The notes under the pieces are model-generated. The model had not been told where the DNA came from. It was given only the letters and a program-made list of their open reading frames with translations, and ran no database searches. Shown here piece after piece: positions 29,990-40,165 of a DNA stretch of 64,000 nt. Numbering within the stretch: position 1 is the stretch's first letter; each line of letters opens with the position of its first letter. Source of the DNA: an uncultured delta proteobacterium (GTDB lineage: Bacteria; Desulfobacterota; Binatia; UBA9968). The stretch covers positions 160,001 to 224,000 of the forward strand of contig CAVUZH010000003.1 in NCBI GenBank assembly GCA_963745835.1. Direction: 5' to 3'. The translations under genes were made by a program, and so were the position numbers.

Positions 29990-30220
29990 GCTCGATTACA
30001 AATCGATCCTCGAAGCGCTGATTGTTATAGGCTAGAACTAAAACCTTCACATGATGCATCGACAGTATAACCTTCATCGCGCTCAAAGATCATTGTGTAA
30101 CTATCCGGGTCACTGGCCGAATAAAACGCGAACTGGCAATCAAGTTCAGTTTTGTTCCTGACCTGACCCAACGATGAACGTTGCGAATAGCTCATAAGAG
30201 AAAGGTTTAGGAGGTAGGGT

Positions 30221-31330
30221 ATGGCTGTCTTGGATTATGTAAGAGTAAATCGAAAATTAACTCACATATGTTGTCGCTCGATAGTGATTCTATTGCTGCT
30301 ACTGCCGTATATTCAGCTAAGCAATGTACGAGCACAGGGCTTCAACGAGAAGGCAGTCGCAGACTTCTACAAAGGGAAAACGGTAACGCTTACCGTCGGT
30401 TTCGATCCGGGCGGAGGCTATGACATAGCCGCGCGCATCGTTGCCAAGCACCTCGGAAAACATATTCCCGGCAATCCTAATATAATTGTCTCGAACCGAC
30501 CGGGCGGAGGTAGCCTGGTAGCGGCAAATCTCGTCTACACGACATTGGCCCAAGACGGCACACAAGTTGTCGATTTCCACCCGCAGATGTTGCTTCAGCA
30601 AGCGCAGGGCCGCGAAGGTATTAAGTTCGACGGCTTGAAATACCATTGGCTCGCAAGCCTCAACGCCGGTAGCACCTCTTGCGCCGTGCATGTCGAGACC
30701 GGGATTAATCATCTCGATCAGATTAAAGGTGCCGCTGGAAAAGTAGTGACGATGGGTGTGGAGGCTCCGGGATCCGGTATTACTGATGGCACAGCAGTAA
30801 TCAGGGCGGCATTAGGTCTAAAATTCCGCATGATTTACGGATACAACGGGCAGCGTCCAATTGTGAATGCCGTCTTGAGTCGGGAGGTAGATGGAATCTG
30901 CTCCAGTTGGGATTCTTTCACTGCGACATTGAAAAATCTGTTTGAGCCGAAACAGTTAGTCCGCATGCTCGTGATTAACGAGCCTGAGGTTCCGAAGCAC
31001 CCGTGGCTCAAAGATGCTGTTGCCGCCCAGGCTGCCGCGCCGGACGACACGACGCGCAGGTTGCTCCGGGTCGTGGATGGACCTAGGGCAATTTCCTACC
31101 CATTTGCCGTCGGCCCTAAAGTTCCGAGAGATCGCGTTTTAGCATTACAGGAAGGGTTTGAGAAAGTGTTGAAGGATCAAACATTCATATCCGATTACGA
31201 AAAAACCGGACGAAGCTATGAACCAAAGAATTGGAAAGAAGTGACGGAAGTCGTGAATGATCTTCTGACAATGGATGACAAGACCAAGAAAGCTCTGGAG
31301 GAAGCCCTAAAGCGAAAGGAAGCGCCTTAA
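30221..31330 (+). CDS. tctC: Tripartite tricarboxylate transporter substrate-binding protein
   Basis: FYKGKTV...PGGGYD..AR and PGNP motifs; adjacent to tctA/tctB. Confidence 0.85.
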   Translation: MAVLDYVRVNRKLTHICCRSIVILLLLLPYIQLSNVRAQGFNEKAVADFYKGKTVTLTVGFDPGGGYDIAARIVAKHLGKHIPGNPNIIVSNRPGGGSLVAANLVYTTLAQDGTQVVDFHPQMLLQQAQGREGIKFDGLKYHWLASLNAGSTSCAVHVETGINHLDQIKGAAGKVVTMGVEAPGSGITDGTAVIRAALGLKFRMIYGYNGQRPIVNAVLSREVDGICSSWDSFTATLKNLFEPKQLVRMLVINEPEVPKHPWLKDAVAAQAAAPDDTTRRLLRVVDGPRAISYPFAVGPKVPRDRVLALQEGFEKVLKDQTFISDYEKTGRSYEPKNWKEVTEVVNDLLTMDDKTKKALEEALKRKEAP

Positions 31331-31404
31331 GAAGATATCGGGCGCGACACACGGTCTTAGTTGAATGCAACGACACATGGTAAGTTCGATTTACCCCTAA
31401 CCTA

Positions 31405-32901
31405 ATGGCAGAGGCTTTTCTAGCGGGCCTTACCGCTGTCTTTACCTACCCTACATTCCCGTTGTTGCTGATCGGGATCTTGGCCGGGTTTGTAGTCGGT
31501 ATTCTTCCCGGCGTCGGGGGTGTTACCACGCTGGCACTCATGCTCCCTTTCACTTTTGATATGAAGCCGGTTGAGGCATTCGCGTTTCTCCTGGGGATGC
31601 TTGCCGTTACATCGACGACAGGAGATATCACTTCCATACTGTTTGGTATACCCGGGGAGTCTATTTCTGCCGCAACCATCGTCGACGGTCATCCGATGGC
31701 TAAGAATGGCGAAGCTGGGCGTGCCCTAGGCGCGGCGCTGATGAGCAGCTTGGTGGGAGCAATTATCGGAGCAGGAGTATTGGCGATAAGCATCCCGATT
31801 ATCACTCCGATTGTCTTGGCGTTTAAATCACCTGAGTTTTTTGCCCTCGCTTTGGTGGGGGTCACATTTGTCGCTGCTTTAAGTGGCACGAACAAGCTTA
31901 AAGGCATCGTCGTCGCCGGGCTCGGACTGCTACTCTCTGTGGTTGGACTGGATTCGCAAACCGGCGTGCCTCGTTACACGTTAGGGATGGTTGAATTCTG
32001 GGAAGGTTTGAGTTTAGTGCCGGTTACAGTCGGACTCTTTGCCATCCCTGAAGTTGTCGATCTATGGATTAAAGGAACCAGTATTGCGGAAAAGAAAATA
32101 GGCAAGATCGGCGGTGTGATGCAGGGCGTCAAAGATACATTTGTCTATTTGGGTATCACGGTGCGTTGCAGTCTCATTGGCACAATCATAGGAATCATAC
32201 CTGGTTTAGGAACGGGCGTCTCCCAATGGGTGGCTTACGGGCACGCAGTACAAAGCGCGGCGGACAAGAGTAGATTTGGCAACGGAGATGTCCGTGGCGT
32301 GCTCGGACCGGGTGCGGCGAACAACTCGGGGATCGGCGGTTCGCTCATTCCAACGCTGGGTTTTGGCATACCTGGAAGCGTCTCCACGGCTATTTTGCTC
32401 GGGGCGTTCTTGATCCAAGGAATCGTTCCGGGTCCGAGCATGTTGACTGAAAATTTGGGCCTTACTTTTTCATTCGTTTGGATGATTGTCATCTCCAACG
32501 TCATTACGGTTGTGTTGAGTTTCATGTTTCTGAACCAGCTTGTGAAGATCACTTACGTCAAGGGCGCGCTTCTCTTGCCGGCTATCCTGCTACTGGTTTT
32601 CCTTGGATCCTACGCCGACTCCAATTCGATGCTCGACATGTTTATGACGATTGTCTTCGGGCTACTCGGATTGACGATGGTCTATCTGGGGTGGCCGCGA
32701 CCGCCGTTAATTTTGGGTCTGGTTTTGGGCACGCTCATCGAACGAAACTTTCTAATATCGTATGAACTTCATGGCTTGGGTTTGTTTCTCAAACCCATTG
32801 TCGTGGGCACGTTCATTCTCGGCTTTGGCAGTTTGATGTTGTCTTCTTATCGCCGCCGGACGGGGAAATCGGAGAGTGGGCGTGTTTCACAGAGCGCTTG
32901 A
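31405..32901 (+). CDS. tctA: Tripartite tricarboxylate transporter large permease
   Basis: Repeated G.LPG/G.IPG motifs, DGHPMAK.GEAGRAL, many TM helices. Confidence 0.92.
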   Translation: MAEAFLAGLTAVFTYPTFPLLLIGILAGFVVGILPGVGGVTTLALMLPFTFDMKPVEAFAFLLGMLAVTSTTGDITSILFGIPGESISAATIVDGHPMAKNGEAGRALGAALMSSLVGAIIGAGVLAISIPIITPIVLAFKSPEFFALALVGVTFVAALSGTNKLKGIVVAGLGLLLSVVGLDSQTGVPRYTLGMVEFWEGLSLVPVTVGLFAIPEVVDLWIKGTSIAEKKIGKIGGVMQGVKDTFVYLGITVRCSLIGTIIGIIPGLGTGVSQWVAYGHAVQSAADKSRFGNGDVRGVLGPGAANNSGIGGSLIPTLGFGIPGSVSTAILLGAFLIQGIVPGPSMLTENLGLTFSFVWMIVISNVITVVLSFMFLNQLVKITYVKGALLLPAILLLVFLGSYADSNSMLDMFMTIVFGLLGLTMVYLGWPRPPLILGLVLGTLIERNFLISYELHGLGLFLKPIVVGTFILGFGSLMLSSYRRRTGKSESGRVSQSA

Positions 32902-33427
32902 TCTAGTCTTTGCCTGTTTCGTTGCGCTAGTGATTCTCTGGTTCGTTTGGGAGGCTAGGGATTGGTCATTTCACTCACGGCTATTTCCTTGGTCGGTGGG
33001 TATTACTGTTCTGATTCTGGCATTGGCCCAAGTAGCTCTCTCGGTGCGCAACTTTCAGTTTGGTTCATCAAAAGACAATGTTGAGTTGAAGGTGAGAGCT
33101 CAAGATCATCAGGCGGCCGAGGTCGAGCCCTCTGAAGTATGGCGCCTGGTGACCATTGGAGGTTGGATCGCAGTGTTTTTCTTGGGAATTTGGCTGTTCG
33201 GGTTCCGCTTGGGAAGTCTGATTCTTACAATCGCTTTTTTAAAAGTCGCCGCCAAGGAAGGTTATAGAAAATGCTTGATCCTTGGGCTGGTCAATTATCT
33301 TTTTTTCGTGATCATTTTCGACTTCGCATTGGGAGTCCCTCTTCTCGAAGGCGCTATAGCCCAATGGTTAGGAATTGAATCTCTGGACGGTTTTGTTCTA
33401 AAAGAGTTGCGCAACCTATGGACATGA
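32876..33427 (+). CDS. tctB: Tripartite tricarboxylate transporter small permease
   Basis: About 4-5 TM helices, FP and L.VPL motifs; overlaps tctA. Confidence 0.8.
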   Translation: MGVFHRALDLVFACFVALVILWFVWEARDWSFHSRLFPWSVGITVLILALAQVALSVRNFQFGSSKDNVELKVRAQDHQAAEVEPSEVWRLVTIGGWIAVFFLGIWLFGFRLGSLILTIAFLKVAAKEGYRKCLILGLVNYLFFVIIFDFALGVPLLEGAIAQWLGIESLDGFVLKELRNLWT

Positions 33428-33557
33428 ATTTATAGCTTCCCGGGTCGGTGTTAGCCGCCCTGCGACAGGTAATTGACGTATAGGGTCTGCACCCAGGCAT
33501 CACAATGCTCTTGTTCTGAGTTCGGAAAACACGCATTAGAGAAAGGAACAATTCACA

Positions 33558-34397
33558 ATGATTATTGCAGACAATTCTGAATGGTACCGAATGATCACAC
33601 AAAATGACCATGGCGATCTCGCCGGGCAGTTTGCTGCCCATTGGGGAAATCAAAAATTTGCACGCCTAAAGCCCTATGGGTCAATGGTGCTGGCGGCTGA
33701 GGCCCATGACAACGGCTGGTGGGATTGGGACGTATTTCCATCTGTGGATGAACAAGGCGCTCCCATACCTTTTACTCGAACGCCACGAGAATTCAGATCG
33801 ACCTTCTACGGCAAAGGCATCGACAACGTGATCTCTCGAGACCTTTATGCAGGATTGATCGTCAGCATGCACGGCGTGGGTCTCACAAAAAAGCGTTATG
33901 GAACGATGCCGACAATGGTGGAGCGTCAAGACGAATACTCTCAGCAGTTCGTAAAAGACCGCGAACCTGATCACGATCAGATGCTGGCAAAGCTAAAACA
34001 GATGGAACAGTATGTCGGCGCAACGGATCAGGAACAAATATGGTTGAACTATCTGATGATGCAGGTGTTCGATCGGCTGTCACTCTTTTTCTGTTCGAAC
34101 TACGACATTACAGCTGTGCCGGAGACCGGTGCTCACACAGCTGGCAAAGGTTATTATGGCCCTTCGATCAAACCAACCCCGGTGAAATTGGGCGAGGACG
34201 AGGTCGATCTAAAGTTGCGTGTTCTCGATCGCAACAACGTGCTCGTAGAACCCTATCCGTTTGATCAGTCGCCGTTGCGAGTCAGCGTTCGGGGAAAACT
34301 AATTCCGTGTGTCGCCTACCGATGCCAGGAGGAATTCAGAGAGACCTACGCCAAAGCACAGCGGGAGCAGTTTGAGTTCACTCTTAGAGCGGCGTGA
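33558..34397 (+). CDS. DUF3891 family protein (HD-like), copy 2
   Basis: ITQNDH, AAHWGN, HDNGWW, SMH, FDRLSL and PYPFD motifs. Confidence 0.8.
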   Translation: MIIADNSEWYRMITQNDHGDLAGQFAAHWGNQKFARLKPYGSMVLAAEAHDNGWWDWDVFPSVDEQGAPIPFTRTPREFRSTFYGKGIDNVISRDLYAGLIVSMHGVGLTKKRYGTMPTMVERQDEYSQQFVKDREPDHDQMLAKLKQMEQYVGATDQEQIWLNYLMMQVFDRLSLFFCSNYDITAVPETGAHTAGKGYYGPSIKPTPVKLGEDEVDLKLRVLDRNNVLVEPYPFDQSPLRVSVRGKLIPCVAYRCQEEFRETYAKAQREQFEFTLRAA

Positions 34398-34482
34398 TCA
34401 TCATGGACGTTTGCTGATCGCAGCCGCCTATCTCCAGGGGTGCGTTGCAGGCTGATAGCGACTGTCGCTAGGAAAAACAGCG

Positions 34483-36786
34483 ATGCCATATATTGGTTCA
34501 AGAACTAAACGCAAAGAAGACATCAGGCTGCTACGCGGCAGCGGCAAGTATGTTGGCGATATCCAGCGCGTTGGAATGGTTCACGCGACTATCTTGCGGA
34601 GCACTCAGGCGCATGCGCGTATCACAAAAATTGATGCAACCGCCGCCTTTAAGCTGCCCGGTGTTATAGGTGTTCTTACTGCGGCTGATATGCCGGGATT
34701 GAAAACAATTCCGATGCGTACCGGTGTCATTCCAGGCCTGGAACGCTCGCAGCAAACTCCAATCGCGACGGACAAGGTGCGCTACGTTGGCGACCCTGTT
34801 GCAGTGGTGGTTTCGGACAGCCGTTACATTGCCGAGGATGCGCTCGAGCTTATCGACGTTGAATACCAGGCCCTCGGCGTTGTCACGGACGCGCGCCAGA
34901 GCATGCAACCGGGAGCTCCCCAACTGCATGACGCGACGCCAAACAACGTCGCTGCCAACTTTCAGGTAAATGTCGGCGACGCCGACACGGCTTTCGACGG
35001 TTGTGATCTGGTATTTGAAGAAGACTTTTCTACTCAGCGCCACTCCGCAGTGCCTCTGGAAAACCGGGGTTTAGTCGCGGAGTGGGACGAGGGGCGGGGA
35101 CTTCTAACAATGTGGGGGCCGACCAAGATGACCCACACCAACTGGCGTATTCTCTCCGATCTCATCGGCCTGCCGCAGAGCTGTATCCACTTTATCGAGC
35201 CGGAAGTGGGCGGCGGCTTCGGTGCCCGGGGTGAATTCTATCCCGAAGACTTCCTGATCCCGTTCGCCGCCATACATTTCCGAAGGCCGGTCTGCTGGAT
35301 CGAGGACCGTTCGGAAAATCTAAAAACGATGAATCAGTCGCGGCAGCAGAACCATCGGGTCAAGATCGGCGTCAAAAACGATGGCACCATCATGGCCATG
35401 GATGCCGAGATTCTCTTCGATATGGGTGCTTACACCCGCACCCATGGCGGCGTTCCTGCCATTGCCGCGTCTGCGATGCTGCGCGGCCCATTTCGTATCA
35501 AAAACTTTCGCGCTAACGTTTTTTGTGTGCTGACCAACAAAACCCCGGTCGGCACTTACCGCAGTCCTGGACGCTATGAGGCGAATTTCGTGCGTGAGAG
35601 GCTTGCCGATATCATTGCCCACCGATTAAGGTTGGACCCAGCGGACGTAAGGCGGCGCAATCTAATTCGTCGTGAAGAGATGCCCTACGACTTGGGCAAG
35701 CATCCCTTTCACTACATGGTCTACGATACCGGAGATTTTATCGCCCAGTTCGATCTGGCATTAGATCGTTTCGGATACGATAAACTCCAGAAGACCTGCG
35801 CTGCCGCCAAGCAAGAAGGCCGAGCCGTGGGAGTCGGTATAGGCTGCTTCGTCGAAACCAGCGGCATTGGACCGTGGGAGTATGCTCGAGTCGAGATCGA
35901 CAATGGCGGCAAAGTCCTGCTGTACTCCGGTTGCAACTCCGTTGGTCAAGGCATTGCCACGGCGCTCAGCCAGATCGTCGCCGATGAACTGCATTGTTCA
36001 ATCGATGACGTGAGCGTGGTTCACGGCGACACCGCGAAAGTTCCGTACGGCAACGGTAGTAACGCCAGCCGCTCTACCGTCATGGCAGGCAGCGCCGCGG
36101 TCGGCGCCTCGCGCAAAGTGAAAGACAAGCTCTTTCGCTTAGCCTCTTCGAGTCTAGAAATCGACGTAGCCGACCTTATTCTCCGGGACGGTAGAGTGGT
36201 TGCAGTGGGCGCACCGGACCGTTCGCTTGGCTTTGACGACCTCGCGCGCATGGCATTGCCCGGTCCGGCGCTTAGGAATGGAATAACACCTGGTATCTCG
36301 GAAGAAGATTTCTTCGCTACTGACAAAAGACCATTTCCTTACGGCCTGCATATCACAACCGTTGAAGTCGATAAGGAAACCGGCCAGATAAAAATTCTCA
36401 ACTATTTTGTCACTGAAGACGTCGGACGAAAAATCAATCCGATGATCATCGAAGGGCAAATGGCAGGCGGTCTGGCGCAAGGTATCGGCGGAGCAATGTT
36501 GGAGGAATTTGTTTACAGCGAAGATGGTCAGCCTTTGGCAACTAGCTTTATGGATTACCTGTTGCCCACAGCAATGGAAATGCCCAAAGCACAGTTCATC
36601 TCAACAGAAGAATTTCCAAGTCCCCACAATCCGCTGGGCGTGAAAGGGGCCGGCGAAGGCGGCATCACCGCAGCTGGGGCAGCATTAGCGAACGCCGTGT
36701 CGAACGCGTTGGGTGTCGAAGTGAAAAAGTTACCGCTGAAGCCTGACTATGTTTTGGAATTAATCAAGCGAAGTCGTGTAGTATGA
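34483..36786 (+). CDS. Mo-hydroxylase large (CoxL-like) subunit, copy B
   Basis: Close, colinear paralog of 27683 at an offset of 6800 nt; TYRSPGR. Confidence 0.93.
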   Translation: MPYIGSRTKRKEDIRLLRGSGKYVGDIQRVGMVHATILRSTQAHARITKIDATAAFKLPGVIGVLTAADMPGLKTIPMRTGVIPGLERSQQTPIATDKVRYVGDPVAVVVSDSRYIAEDALELIDVEYQALGVVTDARQSMQPGAPQLHDATPNNVAANFQVNVGDADTAFDGCDLVFEEDFSTQRHSAVPLENRGLVAEWDEGRGLLTMWGPTKMTHTNWRILSDLIGLPQSCIHFIEPEVGGGFGARGEFYPEDFLIPFAAIHFRRPVCWIEDRSENLKTMNQSRQQNHRVKIGVKNDGTIMAMDAEILFDMGAYTRTHGGVPAIAASAMLRGPFRIKNFRANVFCVLTNKTPVGTYRSPGRYEANFVRERLADIIAHRLRLDPADVRRRNLIRREEMPYDLGKHPFHYMVYDTGDFIAQFDLALDRFGYDKLQKTCAAAKQEGRAVGVGIGCFVETSGIGPWEYARVEIDNGGKVLLYSGCNSVGQGIATALSQIVADELHCSIDDVSVVHGDTAKVPYGNGSNASRSTVMAGSAAVGASRKVKDKLFRLASSSLEIDVADLILRDGRVVAVGAPDRSLGFDDLARMALPGPALRNGITPGISEEDFFATDKRPFPYGLHITTVEVDKETGQIKILNYFVTEDVGRKINPMIIEGQMAGGLAQGIGGAMLEEFVYSEDGQPLATSFMDYLLPTAMEMPKAQFISTEEFPSPHNPLGVKGAGEGGITAAGAALANAVSNALGVEVKKLPLKPDYVLELIKRSRVV

Positions 36787-36825
36787 CATCAGGTTTTAAA
36801 CATGCGGCAAATTTTTTATGACTAT

Positions 36826-37043
36826 TATCCCTAATCCGACATTATTCGAATCCCGCGAGGCCAGCGAGCCCTACAGCCGTGGGCAATGGGATAGTGCCTT
36901 AAAGGCCGCCCCGCATTCCCCTAAAGGTGATGTTTGGTACGTCGGGGCCTTGGAGCCAACTGCGTGCTCGACTGCCCACGACTTCCAGTCTCGTCATCCT
37001 CGCTCACTCCTGACAACGCTCAACTATTGTCGGATTAGGGTTA
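36826..37043. mobile_element. MITE-like element with terminal inverted repeats and possible TA target duplication
   Basis: CCCTAATCCGACA (36829-36841) and TGTCGGATTAGGG (37028-37040) are a perfect 13-bp IR that extends imperfectly to ~21 bp; TA on both outer flanks. Confidence 0.6.
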
Positions 37044-37099
37044 TGTCTTGGTTCATTTGCCATACATCGTTCTAGCTGCGAGGAAACCGCCCACGGCCT

Positions 37100-38080
37100 A
37101 TGCCGGAAAACGAGTTGAAATCAATGGATATAATTGATGTGCACGCCCATCTTTACCCGGAAGGCAGTTTCACCGAGGTGCTCAAGAACGATAGCGAATT
37201 CGAGCTGGTCGAAAACCCGCGGGGCCAATCGCTGGTCTACCGCGGTAGCCATGTTATGTCGATGCCCGTGGGGCAGGCTGATATAGCGTTGCGTTTGGCA
37301 TCGATGGATGAAGCGGGCATCGGTATGGCCATACTTTCGGTGGGTGCATTGAATATCGGCTGGGCACGCGCGCGCGCAGCGGCTGCGGCGCATATTGTCA
37401 ATGATGGTCTCGCTGCGGTTTGTCGCCAATATCCAGGGCGGTTCCGGTTTGTCGCAGTGTTGCCGTGCGCGAACGAAGCAGAGATGAAAAGCGAGCTCGA
37501 TCGCGCTCAAGATCTGGGCGCTGCGGGTGTCGGTATAGCAACCAACATCGGCGAGTTTCAACTGCAAGCGCCGGAGATCCGCCACTTTTGGCGTGAAATG
37601 AATCGCCGCAAGCTGATGGTGCTGGTGCATCCAACCTGTCCCTGCGACGCGCCGCAGAATGATCCGGGAACGTTTCTCTCGGTAGGCTACCCTGCCGAGA
37701 CCGCCATGGCAGCCACCAAACTGGCGCTGGCTGGTGTGTTGGCCGAGTGCCCTGACGCCAAAATAGTGTGGTCGCACTTAGGCGGTAGTTTGCCGATGAT
37801 TTTGGACCGCATTGATCGTGGCTATCAGCGGTACTCCAGTTGTCCTCATCCCCCTGGATACTACTTGCGTCGTTGTTACTTTGACACTGCATGCGCTCAC
37901 GGTCCTGCGTTTGAATGCGCGCGGGCAACCTGGGGTGGCGGCGCCCTGGTGTTCGGCACCGATGTTCCCCACGTGCCGAATACAGAAAAAGAAACGATTA
38001 GGGCTTTGGAAGCCTGTCAATGGTCGGATACCGAACTGCGAGATATCTATGGTGGCACGGTAAGGAGATTAATGATTTGA
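37100..38080 (+). CDS. Amidohydrolase family protein (ACMSD/non-oxidative decarboxylase-like)
   Basis: DVHAH, VHP, HLGG.LP and FGTD.PH motifs. Confidence 0.9.
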   Translation: MPENELKSMDIIDVHAHLYPEGSFTEVLKNDSEFELVENPRGQSLVYRGSHVMSMPVGQADIALRLASMDEAGIGMAILSVGALNIGWARARAAAAAHIVNDGLAAVCRQYPGRFRFVAVLPCANEAEMKSELDRAQDLGAAGVGIATNIGEFQLQAPEIRHFWREMNRRKLMVLVHPTCPCDAPQNDPGTFLSVGYPAETAMAATKLALAGVLAECPDAKIVWSHLGGSLPMILDRIDRGYQRYSSCPHPPGYYLRRCYFDTACAHGPAFECARATWGGGALVFGTDVPHVPNTEKETIRALEACQWSDTELRDIYGGTVRRLMI

Positions 38081-38209
38081 CGGATTTTTTATCTATAGTT
38101 TGGGAGTTCAGCCGCAATTCCGGTGCTCATCGGAACTCTGTAGGTTATCTTTTTACGAAGGTGGTAAGAGCTCTAACGGTGGCCTTAAACAAGGCGGGGA
38201 GAAGATAAA

Positions 38210-39052
38210 ATGATGGTATGCCCTTTTGATGAGAATCGTCTACTGCTCATTTTGCAAGTCGACCATTCCAAGGTTACCGGTTGGTTCGCCGCCCATTGGG
38301 GCAACGATAACTTTGCGCGGCCAAGCCCGTACGCGGCAATGGTGTTAGCAGCTCAGGAACATGACACTGGTTGGTGGGATTGGGAGATCAAACCGCAGCT
38401 CAACAGCGAAGGTTTACCGCCGGACTATATCGGCAGCATCAAACATCTGGGCGGGAAAGTTTGGCTCGATTTTTATCGCCACGGAATACTGCGCCTCGCC
38501 CAGCAGGATCCCTTCGCTGGTTACATCGTTTCCTTACATGCGGACGGTTTGCTGACACAAGGCCGTGGTCTATTGCCTTATATGCCGGACTACGGGATCT
38601 ATCCGGAGGTGGCAGAATTTCTCAGCGAACAGGAGAGTTATCGCGCCGAGTTGATGAAGCTACTGAAAGCCTCGGCGGAGTACTCTGACTTTGTCTCAGA
38701 TGAGCAGTTATGGACCAACTTCAAACTTATGGAAGTCTACGATCAGATGGGACAGTTTGTCTGTAACCGCTATCCCTTAAACAGCACGATTCGCAAGAAC
38801 GGTCCCAGTAATACAATGAGTAATGTTCCTACTCCGACCAAACCAGGCAGCGCAGACACGATTCTGAACTTCACCATAAAAGATGAAAGCCGGGCCACGG
38901 TCGAGCCTTACCCGTTTGACATGGATCCGCTCCTCGTCTCCTTCCAGGGCCGTCTGATACCCAAACGCTCCTATGGAACACAGGAAGAATTTCTTCAGGA
39001 ATATTATCGCGCTGAGCGGCTCGCGATTAACTACTCGCTATACTCGCGGTAA
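38210..39052 (+). CDS. DUF3891 family protein (HD-like), copy 3
   Basis: LQVDH, AAHWGN, HDTGWW, SLH, YDQM and PYPFD motifs; closest to copy 1. Confidence 0.8.
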   Translation: MMVCPFDENRLLLILQVDHSKVTGWFAAHWGNDNFARPSPYAAMVLAAQEHDTGWWDWEIKPQLNSEGLPPDYIGSIKHLGGKVWLDFYRHGILRLAQQDPFAGYIVSLHADGLLTQGRGLLPYMPDYGIYPEVAEFLSEQESYRAELMKLLKASAEYSDFVSDEQLWTNFKLMEVYDQMGQFVCNRYPLNSTIRKNGPSNTMSNVPTPTKPGSADTILNFTIKDESRATVEPYPFDMDPLLVSFQGRLIPKRSYGTQEEFLQEYYRAERLAINYSLYSR

Positions 39053-39082
39053 CGGACGTCGCGTTCGAAGGAGGAACTCACT

Positions 39083-40129
39083 TTGTTTCGAGCATCCAAT
39101 CCGACAATGCGCACCATCTTTTTTATCGCTGTCGCTCTATGGCCTATTCATTTGCCCGGAGAAAGCTTCGGTCAACCGACACCGACCTACAAGATTAAAC
39201 TGGCTACCTCAACCGCCGGGTTGGATTTCGCGCCGATCTGGATCGCGCAGCGGAAGGGCTATTTCAAAGAAGAAGGAATTGAATTCGAACACATCTTGAC
39301 CACCGGTGGAGCGGTTACCATGGCGGCGCTGATCAACGGCGATGTGCAGTTCGCGTCAACCGCAGCATCGGATGTTCTCGTCGCCCGGTCCAAGGGCGAC
39401 CGGTTGTTAGCCCTAGGTATTTTTCCCGCGTCATTGGAGTGGCACATCGCCACCACCAACAAATTTTTGGAGTCGCGGGGATTAAGCAAGGGCAAGGTCG
39501 AAAAGATGACGGTGCAACAGAAAGTTCAGATGTTGAAGGGAACTACCATTGGCGCCGCAACCGTTGGCGGGGCACCAGCGCAAGTTGTCCGATACATTCT
39601 TCGGCAGAACAATCTAAAACCGGACTCTGACGTGCGGTTTGCTGCTGTAGGAGCTGGCACCGCGCGCGTCGGCGCTCTCCGCCAAGGTCAGGTCGAAATG
39701 ATCGTGGGTGGGATACCCGACACCGAACAGCCGGAGCTTGAAGGCTGGGGAATGACCTACATACGGATCGGGCATGAGATCGATATCTTCAAGGACTATC
39801 CGCACGAGTCGATTCATGCCACCGAAGCTTATCTCAAGAGCAATACTGACTCGACTCGAGCGCTGCTGCGCGCGGTCGTGCGTGGTAACAACCTGATCCT
39901 CGACAACCCCTCAGAATCCGACGAAATCTTGGTAAAGCACTTTCCCAAAATTAGTCCGTCAGTTCTTCGAACCGTTATGGCGCGGAGTCGCGCGACGTTC
40001 CGACGAGATATGAAGATGACCAAGTCCGGATGGGATAATATGCAAAAAGTTTTCGTTTCCGTAGGCCTGCTTAAGAGTGATCTGAATACCACGGAAGGCG
40101 AATTCTGGACGAACAAATACTTACCATAA
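39083..40129 (+). CDS. ABC transporter substrate-binding protein (SsuA/NMT1-like)
   Basis: TTG start after AGGAGG; APIWIAQRKGYFKEEG motif; adjacent to permease/ATPase. Confidence 0.88.
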   Translation: MFRASNPTMRTIFFIAVALWPIHLPGESFGQPTPTYKIKLATSTAGLDFAPIWIAQRKGYFKEEGIEFEHILTTGGAVTMAALINGDVQFASTAASDVLVARSKGDRLLALGIFPASLEWHIATTNKFLESRGLSKGKVEKMTVQQKVQMLKGTTIGAATVGGAPAQVVRYILRQNNLKPDSDVRFAAVGAGTARVGALRQGQVEMIVGGIPDTEQPELEGWGMTYIRIGHEIDIFKDYPHESIHATEAYLKSNTDSTRALLRAVVRGNNLILDNPSESDEILVKHFPKISPSVLRTVMARSRATFRRDMKMTKSGWDNMQKVFVSVGLLKSDLNTTEGEFWTNKYLP

Positions 40130-40165
40130 CGAGCCCGCCACCTGCCGGGATCAATCAGCTAGACC

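Noticed and set aside
36818-37075. 85-aa ORF
   Set aside because: Coincides with the inverted-repeat element; no RBS or motif
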